From Octopus sinensis (taxonomy: Eukaryota), in contig NC_043012.1 of the NCBI RefSeq assembly GCF_006345805.1, positions 52,762,001-52,826,000 of the forward strand: a stretch of 64,000 nucleotides of DNA, written 5' to 3'. The notes beneath the pieces were generated by a model. The model was not told where the DNA came from. It searched no databases and saw only the letters and a list, made by a program, of their open reading frames with translations. Each line of letters opens with the position of its first letter. Position 1 is the stretch's first letter. Below, piece by piece: positions 50,690 to 61,477 of the stretch. The translations under genes and the position numbers were made by a program.

Positions 50690-52205
50690 TAAGAGAAGGA
50701 GAGAAAGAAAGAGAGAGTATGTGTGTATGTGAAAGTGTGTCAATGAAATTGTGTGTGTGTGTGTGTGAAAGTGTAAGCGGGGAAAATGTGTGTACAAGAG
50801 AGATGGAGAGGTGAAGATGAGAGGTGGGAAAGAAGATTCGCTTCGTTTCAAGCTAGTCAATGATAACTAGAGAAAAATAACAACAAGCTGATTGATTTGT
50901 ATAAAAGATAACAAAGAATTGATTGCTTTCCATCATCGCTTAACAATCGGGAAAGGATTATAGATCAAAGAGACAGGATTTAGATATCAATTGGTCGAGT
51001 GAATAGGGTGCTAAACTCTGTAGACTATCAATGACACAATCAGACAGCTTGCCGTGCTAAACAGTAGCGGATCAAAGAAACTGGTCATTTTATATATCAC
51101 CTTGAAACAAGAGGCAGATTTTCAATCCATGAGGAAGCTTGTAATTATGAATTGTTAAGTAGCAGTAAATAGATCTCGTATAAACTGGCTAATTTCTAAT
51201 GATGGCTATCAGTACATTTTAGTGCGGCTGTGCTGCAAAACCTGACAATAAACTATATTTATTGACTTGCAGTCATTATCGATGATGTTAGCAATGTTAA
51301 CCACTTGCAATCGAATTATATAACTCTAGTTTACTCGGTCCTGGGTTACGGTGATAGAAAATGGTAAATGGATCCAATCATAAGCACAGCGTTTACAATA
51401 CGGGTTCCATAGAAAACTTGTTTTTTTGTTTTAAGAAAAGAGGGAAATGAAGTGTTGGTGTTGTTACGTTCTTTCTTCTACATAAGTTAATCGCTTCAAC
51501 ATTGTTCGATTATCATATTTATCCCCCATAACATCAATTCCCCCATTTTCAACGGATAATCAATGAGTCGAGTTAAGGACCTCTATACGGTCGTTCAAGC
51601 TTTTATAAAATGCAGTAAAATCTCTCCTATAACATATCCTAATGTCTTAAAACGAGAAGGATTCGTTTGATAACATGGACATGTGGATCTGGATGACCAT
51701 TAACTCAAAAAATATGAAATGGTCATAACTCACGTATCTTTAATCATATGACTGCTTGATCAGGTTCATTTGGAGCCTAATATTTACAAGATAGTACGTC
51801 ATCAGTTGTCGTGATCCATAGATTCCCAGATCTAAAGCTTTAGATATGCTTCGTAGATACGTCTTAGATATGAAATAATTGAGAATAAATATATGCGAGA
51901 TCTGTGGCAATTCTGCATTCTATAAACTTTCTCATTTCTGTTTTGATGCATAAATTAATATATTTTGCCGTTCCGTTGAGGGATGGACAGTACGATGAAA
52001 GGCAAGGTTTACGATATCGGAAGAATGCCGTCTACTTCCATCATCGTTTTCTTCTTCGTGTAGTTCAGGCTTCCGACAGGCGAAGAGAGAAGACTTCAAG
52101 TACAAATGCTATTTACAACTGGTTTATTTACAAGTTTTACAGGATAGGTGAAGTGTGCTGCTCTCAGCAACCATCTTAAGCTGTGTGCGTTGTGTAATTG
52201 CTCCG

Positions 52206-52580
52206 AAGGAGGTGCAATGGCCCAGTGGTTAGGGCAGCGGACTCGCGGTCATAGGATCGCGGTTTCGATTCCCAGACCGGGCGTTGTGAATGTTTATTGA
52301 GCGAAAACACCTAAAGCTCCACGAGGCTCCGGCAGGGGATAGTGGTGATCCCTGCTGTACTCTTTCACCATAACTTTCTCTTACTCTTACTTCCTGTTTC
52401 TGTATTTCAAAGGGCCGGCCTTGTCACTCTCTGTGTCACGCTGAATATCCCCGAGAACTACGTTAAGGGTATACGTGTCTGTGGAGTACTCAGCCACTTA
52501 CACGTTAATTTCACGAGCAGGCTGTTCGGTTGATCGGATCAACCGGAACCCTCATCGTCGTAACCGACGGAGTGCTTCCA
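52206..52580 (+). mobile_element. SINE-D (tRNA head similar to SINE-C, different body); related pieces at ~48968-49150
   Basis: GGAGGTGCAATGGCCCAGTGGTTAGGGCAGCGG...GGTTTCGATTCC. Confidence 0.75.
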
Positions 52581-52982
52581 CAATAGCTCCGATAGTGCGG
52601 GCGCAAATTGCCTCTGGAGGTACACATGCAGACAGATCCTGCCAGTGGTGGTGTTCAGCCAGCGCTGCTCTGAAGTGGCGCCAAAAAGAGAGATATTTCT
52701 TTATTTACCTATAAAAAGGCCTACATAGAGGGGACATTACAAGGACAGACAAGGGACATTTAGGGTACAAACACGCTTCTTATATACACTATGAAAAAAC
52801 GGATGGATTTATATATATTTTGCGGATGGGAGTTAAAAATATGAATGATGGTTGGATGAAATTTGGGCCCGGGTTAGTGAATTAACCCGCCGGTTCGTTA
52901 TCCCTTTTGGTAATCTTTTTTCCTTCTTTTATGCTCCGACCGACCGTGCAAGCACAGCCTCATGCATTTTCATCTTTCTTAC

Positions 52983-53220
52983 CACTCGCCAAAAAGAGAG
53001 AGAGAGAGAGATCCGAACAGGGTTTTCCCTTTATATAGTTTTCCATCGCGAGCCTCGTTGTGATCTCGCGCATGGCAAATGGATGCAGGTGAGGTCTCGC
53101 TCCAGTCTCGGAGATGGCAATGGCAGCCGCGAGATCTCATCCAATATGGCGCTGACTGCTTGTGCCGCTACAACGGCATCTGTGATGCCTTATTTCTTCG
53201 AAGTCTCCGACACCGGTGAG
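52983..53220. promoter_or_regulatory. Candidate CpG-rich promoter / first-exon region
   Basis: Local CpG enrichment, TCTCGCG and CGCGAGA motifs, CCAATATGGCG (YY1-like); plus-strand ATG 53146 to donor CCG|GTGAGA at 53216; minus-strand TATATAAAG (53029-53037) and donor GTG|GTAAGA at 52982. Confidence 0.35.
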
Positions 53221-54841
53221 AGATAGTGAAGCTTGATAGGAAGAGAAAAGAAAATTATCGTCAAACCGTAGTTCTGGCCTGAATGCCTTGTACCAGAGTG
53301 GTGACTGTTAAAAGTACCAAAAAATCAGATGATAGTACTAAACCAAGTGATGGATAGTGTCGACCACTCAAGAACTCAGAATGCAAAGAAATCTTTTACA
53401 ATGCTCTGGCAATTCCACCACTCACGACTGCGACTTTATTTTATGGATTTCGAAGAATCGAAAGGAAAAGTTGGCTTCTGTAGAATTTGAACTCAGAATA
53501 CAGAGAACAGTAAACAAATACCACGAGGTACTTTTGTCTTACACTCTAACGACTGCCAATTCTCCGCCTTGATAATTTTCATAAAAATTGCTTCATTATG
53601 GAGACGACTTCAATTATGACTTACATATAGTTTCATTGTTAAGGTTTTTTAAGGTAGAACGCTGGAACTTGTTTCGTTGTGTTAAAAATAGCGAAGGCAG
53701 CGAGTTGGCAACATTGTTAGCGTGTCAGAAAAATACTTAGCCGCTTGCTTTTCTTCCAGCTTTTTACGTTCTGAGTTCAAATTCCACCGAGGTCGACTTT
53801 ACCCTTAATTTTTTCAGCATCGATAAAATAAGTACCAGTGATAGTACTGGAGTCGATGTAATCGAGTTACCTCCTTCTCCAAAAATTGCTGGCATTGTGC
53901 AACATATTTGAAACAACTATGTTTAAAATATCGATTATGTCTTCGATTTCATTCTATCACAAATTACATTCTATGATCTTCAATCAAGAAGGTTACACTG
54001 GACAATGTGATTCCCGTTACAAAAAAAAAAAAAAAGAAAGAAAGAAAGACAGGACGGTCACGAGTGGACTGCTTTTGATCGTAGGTCTGCTCGATCAAAG
54101 AGATGGCAGAGAGTAAGACAACAACAATTACATAACATCTTCGATAACAGGCTTCTTACGTTTTCCGAAAAACGTCTATCACAGATAGTGATTGTGATTA
54201 TAATATTCTAACTCTTGTGATGTCAGACAATTTTCAAAACTAAAAAAAAAATTGTCCAAAACCAGCCAAAAGCTGCCATTAGAAGTAAGTGACCAGAAAT
54301 CTGTAAACAAGACTCCAATTACATCGTTACATTCAACAGCACAAACACCAATGCCACCGCCGCCGCCATTACTGCCGCCGCTCATCACTTGTATACGTCT
54401 ATATAAAACCAATTCGACAGAGATGGCTGTATAGAATATAAACAGTTTAAAAGTAGTTTAAACCGGCAGTTTGAGGAGAATGATTTAAAATTCTCTAAAC
54501 AGACCATTTCCAAGGAAAATAAAGGGAGAGAAAATAACAATATATCTCTTGTTAAAAGTTGTTGACGCTATCGCTGGAGACTTCCTGGAAATATGTTGGT
54601 AAACAGCTGCTACCATTCCGAAATAGAGATACACTGAGGAGATACCTGGAAAGATTTTAACCAATGCAAGACACCCAGGTGGATAACAAAGCTGAAGAAA
54701 AATTTCTACAACCTACTCGCAGAATCGGATCTCTAGATATCATTAAACGATACATAGTAAAGAATAAGTTCAATGTACACAAACTAGGCTTTTAAAATAG
54801 AAATGTTTAGGCGCAGGCGTGGCTGTGTGGTAAGAAAATTG

Positions 54842-55263
54842 GGATCTGTTCGGTTTGAACGGCAGTTTTTAACATAATTTCTAGGTAACTAAAAAATTTT
54901 AAACTTCGTATACTGGTTGAATGTGTTTATAAAACATCTTTTTCTCTTGGCTTTATTGAAAAAAATTCTATAGTTTGTAAGATATTTGTTGGGTTTTGTT
55001 TTTCTTCAATTTCTGCAATTTCAACGAATCAATGACTGTCTATTGAGGTGAAAATATTCTGTGCCGTATGAATATGTCCCTCGTTTAAGAAACAGATTGG
55101 GTTTATTTACATTTGTGAAGAAAAAAAGATACCCTTCCCCCACCCCTAACCCTAACCCTAAAACAGATTGAAATGCAATAGATCGATACTAGGGTCATAA
55201 TTATGGGTGACAATTTCATATGACACCGCTAGAAAAAAACTGCCGTTCAAACCGAAAAGATTC
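54842..55263. mobile_element. MITE with ~29-bp TIRs and 8-bp TSD
   Basis: TIRs GGATCTGTTCGGTTTGAACGGCAGTTTTT and AAAAACTGCCGTTCAAACCGAAAAGATTC; TSD GAAAATTG at 54834-54841 and 55264-55271. Confidence 0.9.
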
Positions 55264-55271
55264 GAAAATTG

Positions 55272-55559
55272 TATTTTTGATACCTAAATGGAATTGAGTA
55301 AGAGGTTCATTGCCTCAAAGCGGCTTCATATGTTATCAATGTAAGAGGTCTATTGCCTCCTTAATGTTTTTGTAAGAGGTTTATTGCCTCAAAATGTTTT
55401 ATAAAAGAACAATGTGATCGGGTATAGAGCAATCAGTGGGCGTTACTGCTGCCCTCATTTTTCACCATTTCATTTGTCATTCATATCATTATGTGTGTGT
55501 GTGTCCAGCCCGCAGCTTCCTTTCTGTGTAAGGCCAATGTGGCCAATTAAATGAAATAA
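55272..55559 (+). mobile_element. 5'-truncated relative of the Gag-only element (3' UTR only) inside a SINE-A head
   Basis: Ends TCTGTGTAAGGCCAATGTGGCCAATTAAATGAAATAA|AGAAGATTG, compared with copy 2 TCTGTGTAAAGCCTTTATGGCAATTGAAAAGAAATAA|AGAAGCTTG. Shares a TTTTCAT(T/G)TGTCATTCATA motif with copy 2. Confidence 0.65.
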
Positions 55560-56476
55560 AGAAGATTGTTTCCCGACCACATAGTTCTGGGTTCAGTTCC
55601 ACTATGTGTTAACCCCTTGGGCAAGTGTCTTCTACTATAGCCCCAAACCAACCAAAACCTTGTGATAGACAGAAACTAAAAGAAGCCCGTCGTATTGTGT
55701 GCGTGTCTTTGTGTCTGTGTTTGTTCACCCACTATCACCACCGCTTGACAACTGGTGTTGGCGTGTTTACGCCCCCCCCCCGTAACCTAGCGGTTCGGTG
55801 AAACAGAGCGATAGAATAAATACTAAGCTTTAAAACATAAGTCCTGAGGTAATTTTTTCGATTAGAACCTTACAGGCTGTACCCCAGCATGGCTGCAGTT
55901 AAATGACTGAAATAAGTACAAGATTAAGGTTCAAAGAATACTTTAGAATACTTAGATTCTGCACTCCAGATGTGGAACACGAAGCTCTGAGTTCGATTAT
56001 AGCATGGGGAATAGTGAGTAAGTACTTTCTTTTACCAAAACTTCGGATTGATTCAATTCTTATGAGTGAAAAAAATGGGTGAACAGAAACTGCGGAATCT
56101 TGTCAGATAGATTGATTCTGCAATTCAAAGGCCCATGTTACAGACTACGTCATGGAGGTGTTACTTTAGGATTATATTAAGGTACACATGCGTGCGGAAT
56201 ACTCATCCACGTGTATCTCAGTTGCTTAGATAAGTGAATATTCGTTGTCGAAACCGATAGAGATCCAATTATCCAACATCAGTTTCCTCTTATTACTATG
56301 GCCGGGCTCCAGCCTGGGGCCGCAGCAACAAAGTCCAGCCGTCACGCTTTTCGGTCCATCATCACTGCCCCGAGGCCCTGGATAAATTCCAGGCCAGTAT
56401 CTGCAATCAAGTTGTAAGTGTGACGACGTTTTCCTCTTCTTATATCACCATGAAGTGGGTTCCACAAGGCTAATTA

Positions 56477-57042
56477 TTGGGTTGCCTGGAAAGTTCTTGC
56501 CAATTTATAGTAGCTTACTTTTCGACATATTTTAGAACATGGCGAGTCCATAAAATAGGATTTGACTACACCTCCATTTAGAGCACAGTTTAAGCTATCT
56601 TTTCGTGGAAGAAGGTTTATGTTCCTAAAACCTGTATTAATTCTTTAACCCTTTAAAATGGAGGATAAGAATGTTCATTTTCGGCACTTGATGCTTTGGG
56701 AAAGAGACAATAATTGTTGCAGCTCCGCTGGGATTAGTTACCTCGCCCTCCATTTTTACCAGATATTGCTCCTTCGGATTTCCCCTTATTCAGGTCTCTG
56801 CACAATAGTCTTAATGGTAAAAATTTCAATTCCTTGGATGACGTAAAAAGATACCTTGATGAATTCTTTGCCATGAAAGCACCTCAATTCTGGGAAGAGG
56901 GTATTTTCAAGTTAAAGGAAAGATGGAGACGCATTGTGCAACAAAATGATTCATATTTGGTTGATTAAAAATGTAATGGCAAGTATTTCTTGACATTTTT
57001 CTTTCCTTTAAAAATCGGCACGAACTTTCCGGACAACCCTAA
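56477..57042 (+). mobile_element. Mariner internal-deletion derivative, second copy
   Basis: Same TIRs, TA flanks and deletion junction as 34815-35374; more decayed. Confidence 0.9.
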
Positions 57043-57110
57043 TAACTCTAAAACACAAATTGAAAGAGACTCCAGCATAGAATATAAGTTTGCCTCTAAC
57101 CTATAAGATA

Positions 57111-57154
<44 letters not shown>

Positions 57155-57909
57155 GAGAATAAATGAATCAGTAAGACTAGCTTATTCTCAAGATCTTAAA
57201 TATATCAAATATCTGGAATGGAAACGAAGAATTTTCACCACAATCATATTATTGTACCAATATTGATAGTAAAATGTGCATTATCACCACTTCAGCTTTA
57301 TCTAACCGATGGAAAGCTGCTTTATGGAAAAGCTTCAGGAAGGGGCCTAATACAAATTGTTGGCATTTTTCTTAAGATCGTTTCTACTTTAAATTTAAAA
57401 GAATATGGAATATTGAATAGACAGAGTATACTGGCTTGCCATAAGGCAAGTACAAATTGTGTATCCAAAAATAAAACCACCCACTTGGTAGAAAACCGTT
57501 GGTCAATTGCTAATTTAAGAATTATGTAGAAACCCAACTGCAGCTATTTCAAATGATTTCTCTAAGGGCATTAAGAATTGGACATTGAGGGCTACAAAAA
57601 CCTAACAATTAATAAAAAATATAGCGTTCTTGTAAAAAAGCAAGAATAACAAACGAGTAATTTTTACTTTTTATATCGTTTACTTTTTCAGTCCTTAGAA
57701 TGCGGCCCTGCTGGGGCACTGCCTCGAAGAATTTTTAGTCGAATGGATCAACCCCAGTACATATTGTTTTAAGCCTAGTACTTATTCTATTGGGCTCTAT
57801 TGTCGGACTGGTAGGTTACGGAGACGTAAGCACATCACGGTTAACATGCAGTGGTGAGACACATACACACACATTGACACATACATACATACACGCAAAC
57901 ACATACATA

Positions 57910-57965
<56 letters not shown>

Positions 57966-57969
57966 TATA

Positions 57970-58042
<73 letters not shown>

Positions 58043-58128
58043 ATGTGTGTGTGTGTGTAGTTGAAATTTATAGAAAAACACAAGACAGAACAGGTGCGAT
58101 AGTTTGACGTTCGGGAAACGGAAAATTT

Positions 58129-58164
58129 CTTTTACGTTTCGGGCCTACGCTCTTCAACAGAAAG
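58129..58164 (-). ncRNA. Minimal hammerhead-like motif (variant core)
   Basis: CUUU CUGUUGA A GAGC GUAG GCCC GAAAC GUA AAAG. Confidence 0.5.
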
Positions 58165-58366
58165 GAATAAGAGAAAATAAACAGAGAGAGAATAAAAAAT
58201 AAACTTGTAGATTTAGCGGGCAAGCATGGCGGGCTTTTTTCAGCTTCCATCTACCAAATCCATTCACAAGGCTTTGGCCAGCCCGAGGTTATAGTAGAAG
58301 TCACTTGCCCAAGGTACTACGCTATGGGGCTGAACTGGGGACCACATGGCTGGGAAGCAAGCTTCT

Positions 58367-58780
58367 TATTTCATTACTACCCACAAGGGGCAAAACATAG
58401 AGGGGACAAACAAGGACAGACAAAGAGTTAAGTCGATTAGATCGAACCCAGTGCGAAACTTGTACTTAATTTATCGACCCCGAAAGGATGAAAGGCAAAG
58501 TGGACCCCGGCGGAATTTGAACTCAGAACGTAACGGCAGACAAAATACCTATTTCTTTATTACCCACAAGGGGCTAAACATAGAGAGGACAATCAAGGAC
58601 AGGCATAGGTATTAAGTCGATTACATCGACCCCAGTGCGTAACTGGTACTTAATTTATCGACCCCGAAAGGATGAAAGGCAAAGTCGACGTCGGTGGAAT
58701 TTCAGCTCAGAACGTAACGGCAGACGAAATACGGCTACGCATTTCGCCCGGCGTGCTAACGTTTCTGCCAGCTCGGCGCC
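58367..58780 (-). mobile_element. Composite SINE-B dimer inserted into the SINE-A target site
   Basis: Tail ...GTAATGAAATA joins AGAAGCTTGCTTCC; the head abuts the SINE-A head remnant. Confidence 0.8.
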
Positions 58781-60011
58781 CTTACAACACTGCTACGCCT
58801 ATATATATATTTTTTTTTTATGTCCTTCAGTCGGGAGAGAATGGCGATACCCATGAATACATGGTCTCTGAAACTGAAGCGAAAGAAGAAGGGAAGTTAC
58901 TTTCAAACAGAAAACCGGATATAATAGATTCTACATAGCCGCAAATTTCCTGGCACTGTGACTAGGTTAGAGATCAGTTTTACGATGTTCCTACTACAGC
59001 TGCTTAGTAAACTGATCGCCCCCATTCTGCGGTACTTAATTTCAGCTAGGGAGCCTGGCGCATTTATGAGTTAAATAATCTAGCTCCGGATAACTAGATA
59101 TAAACTATAAACAATATGGGTGTCCGTCACACTTTCTCCTTGGCCTATCTATCATTGATTTCAAATTTTGGCACCAGGCCTGCATGTTCGTGAGTGGTGG
59201 GTAATCGATTATTCCAACCCCATTACTCAACTGGTCCATATTTTATCGACTCTAAAAGAACGAAAGGCAAAGTCGACCTTGGTGGAATTTGAACTCAGAA
59301 CGTAAAGACGGACGAAATGCCATTTAGTATTTCGCCCGTCGCGGTAACGATTTTACCTGCTCGCCATCTTCTGCTATCGATCATTGAATGTACGAGTGTA
59401 TTGGTCAAATAAAATTGAAAACGTTTCTTTCTTTTCTTTCTCCAAAATCTTTTTGTCGCAGACACTTTTGAATAAAACTGTTAAGATCCTGGTAAGTCCA
59501 GACTCGTAATTCAATTTTAATGATTCTAATGATCATCTTAATTTCTTTTATTTCACTAATTATCTTGGAAACCAAATGATGGTCATAATATTTCACTTCA
59601 TATTTCCGGCAAGACATAGAGCTCTTACAGGCGGCGGCGATTTGGCAGAGCCGTTAGAGCCAGATGTCAACTTTGCCTTCCATCTTTTCAGATAAAAACG
59701 AAGCACTTAGGCAGAAGATTGGTAGAATTGGTAGAATTGTAAGAACTAAAAAACCGGATACTTCGCAGTATTTCAGATTTTTGCGTTCTGAGTTCATATC
59801 TTGTCGCAACCTACTTGACTAAAGCGCTTAATCCTTAGTTGCATTTCAGAGAGTCCTCCCTGTTGCAACTATTCGGATCAGGCTTCTGCAGTGAGGAACG
59901 CTTCATCTCTCTCACAAGTCTCAGAAGCTCCGTGAAGTGTCATGGATACTGCCTCTGAATGAAAGATTTTCATAAGCGCAGGCGTGGCTGTGTGGTAAGA
60001 AACTTGCTTCC

Positions 60012-61463
60012 GTGCTGTGTTATTTGCTGTGTTGATTTTTGACGAGACGGACGGAATTTTTTGAGCTGCTTGCCAGCGGTTTGTTGGTGAGTGTTGTACT
60101 AGTGGAAAAGAGTGTATTCGGACCTTAGCGAGTATGAACTATCCTCAGCAGAGGAGGAGCTCTTTAAGGCGGTAAACAGAATGGACGAGCATTTGGAAAG
60201 ACTAAAGAGTTTTGCTGAGGAGGCAGAGGTAAAGGAAAAGGAAGTACACCTAACCGGACTGAAGGAGCCGAGTAAGATGACACAGAAGGTGGGAAGTAAT
60301 GTAAAGTTATTACTCCCGAAAAGGGTTATGGTAAATATGGAAAAGAAGACTATTACCTACAAGGTACACTCAGTGGAGAGTAGAAGGTGGAGCGGATGGA
60401 GATGGAAAAAATTGAAAAAGCTCTGAAGGGGCTTTCGAAGGAAGTAAGGTAAATAGGAAGAGGACATGGGACGGTGGTTGTCCAGTTTAGGACAGAAGAA
60501 GAGGCAAAGAGGCTGGCGAGTACGACTGTAAAAATTGAGAAACTAGTACTTCTACCCACCTGCCTTGGAAGAAAGACTTCTAAGGTGAGGGTAGAAGGAA
60601 TTCCACCTGACACAGAAGTGGCTTGGGTTGCGGCAGTCGTCTTTGTTGGAAGTGAGGAGGAGGTGGCTGTCCTTCAAGCCACAGAGAAGAAGGAAGCTAT
60701 AAAGGAAAAATACTGGAAATGATCATACAAGCGGAGGCGAAGGAGCTGGAAAATTTGGCGGAAACGGTGACGATGGGAGAAATAGTATTGAGAGTATGGG
60801 TAGAGGGCAGAATTCCGCGATGCTTTAAATGTGGCCAAAAAGGCCACATTAGAGCACACTGCCCTCTACAGAAGAAAACAATAGAGGAAACAACAGATGA
60901 ACCAGTTGTGGAGACGGAAGAGAAAAAAAAAGGAAGAAAAGAAAGACGGACGAAAGGAGGAAGAATGGATAGTAACAGAGAGTAGAAGGAAGAAGAGGAA
61001 GAAAAGAAAGAACACTGAGTGTGATGTGGTACCCCAGTCCAACTCCATCCCACCCAAGACCACTCGGACCCACCCACTCCCTTTCCCCACAAGAAAAGGA
61101 AAAAAGTGCAGACACCACAGAATTTAGAAGACCCCTCCCCCGGTGAAAAAGGTTACGGAAGAATGTTGTCTTTGAGCGATAGCGAAAGTGAAAATAGAAC
61201 AACTAGGCCAAAGACTAAAGACGAATTGGGACTCAGAGGTAGCGAGTGGTGTTACTCAGTGTGGGGTGAGTAGCACACTCTTCATATTTTCATTTTCAGA
61301 TATCATTCATGTTATCATAACCTTAATATATTTTCTCATGTTCATTTTCATGTCACTCACGGTATCATATTTTTTTTTTACATATTTTTAATTGTTATAT
61401 GTCCCCACATGTTTTGTAGTGTCCCCTCTATGTTATGCCTTTATGGCAATTTGAAAGAAATAT
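60012..61463 (+). mobile_element. Gag/ORF1-only (HAL1-like) non-LTR retroelement of L1/Tx1 type, copy 1
   Basis: Bounded by AAGAAACTTGCTTCC (59997-60011) and AGAAGCTTGCTTCC (61464-61477). Frameshifted ORF pieces at 60112-60426, 60474-60722 and 60719-60985 include the zinc knuckle CFKCGQKGHIRAHC. No APE or RT motifs seen. AT-rich 3' UTR ends ...GGCAATTTGAAAGAAATAT. Confidence 0.8.
60112..61127 (+). pseudogene. Frameshifted Gag/ORF1-like protein with CCHC zinc knuckle (copy 1)
   Basis: YSDLSEYELSSAEEELF...; MVVQFRTEEEAKRL...LGRKTSKVRVEGIP...; IPRCFKCGQKGHIRAHC. The start ATG is lost by a 1-nt deletion relative to copy 2, and there are several frameshifts. Confidence 0.7.
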
Positions 61464-61477
61464 AGAAGCTTGCTTCC

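Larger units (their letters stand above)
54808..55925 (+). mobile_element. SINE-A host copy interrupted by a MITE and a retroelement 3' fragment
   Basis: Head AGGCGCAGGCGTGGCTGTGTGGTAAG at ~54809; resumes at 55560 and runs to the tail at ~55925. Confidence 0.8.
57660..58800 (-). mobile_element. SINE-A split by a composite SINE-B array and a hammerhead-bearing repeat
   Basis: Head remnant at 58781-58800, target AGAAGCTTGCTTCC at 58353-58366 (-), body ~58235-58350, tail ~57660-57860. Confidence 0.65.

Noticed and set aside
57218-57537. Overlapping 103-aa (+) and 71-aa (-) ORFs in non-repetitive sequence
   Set aside because: No recognisable domain, and chance ORFs of this length are expected.
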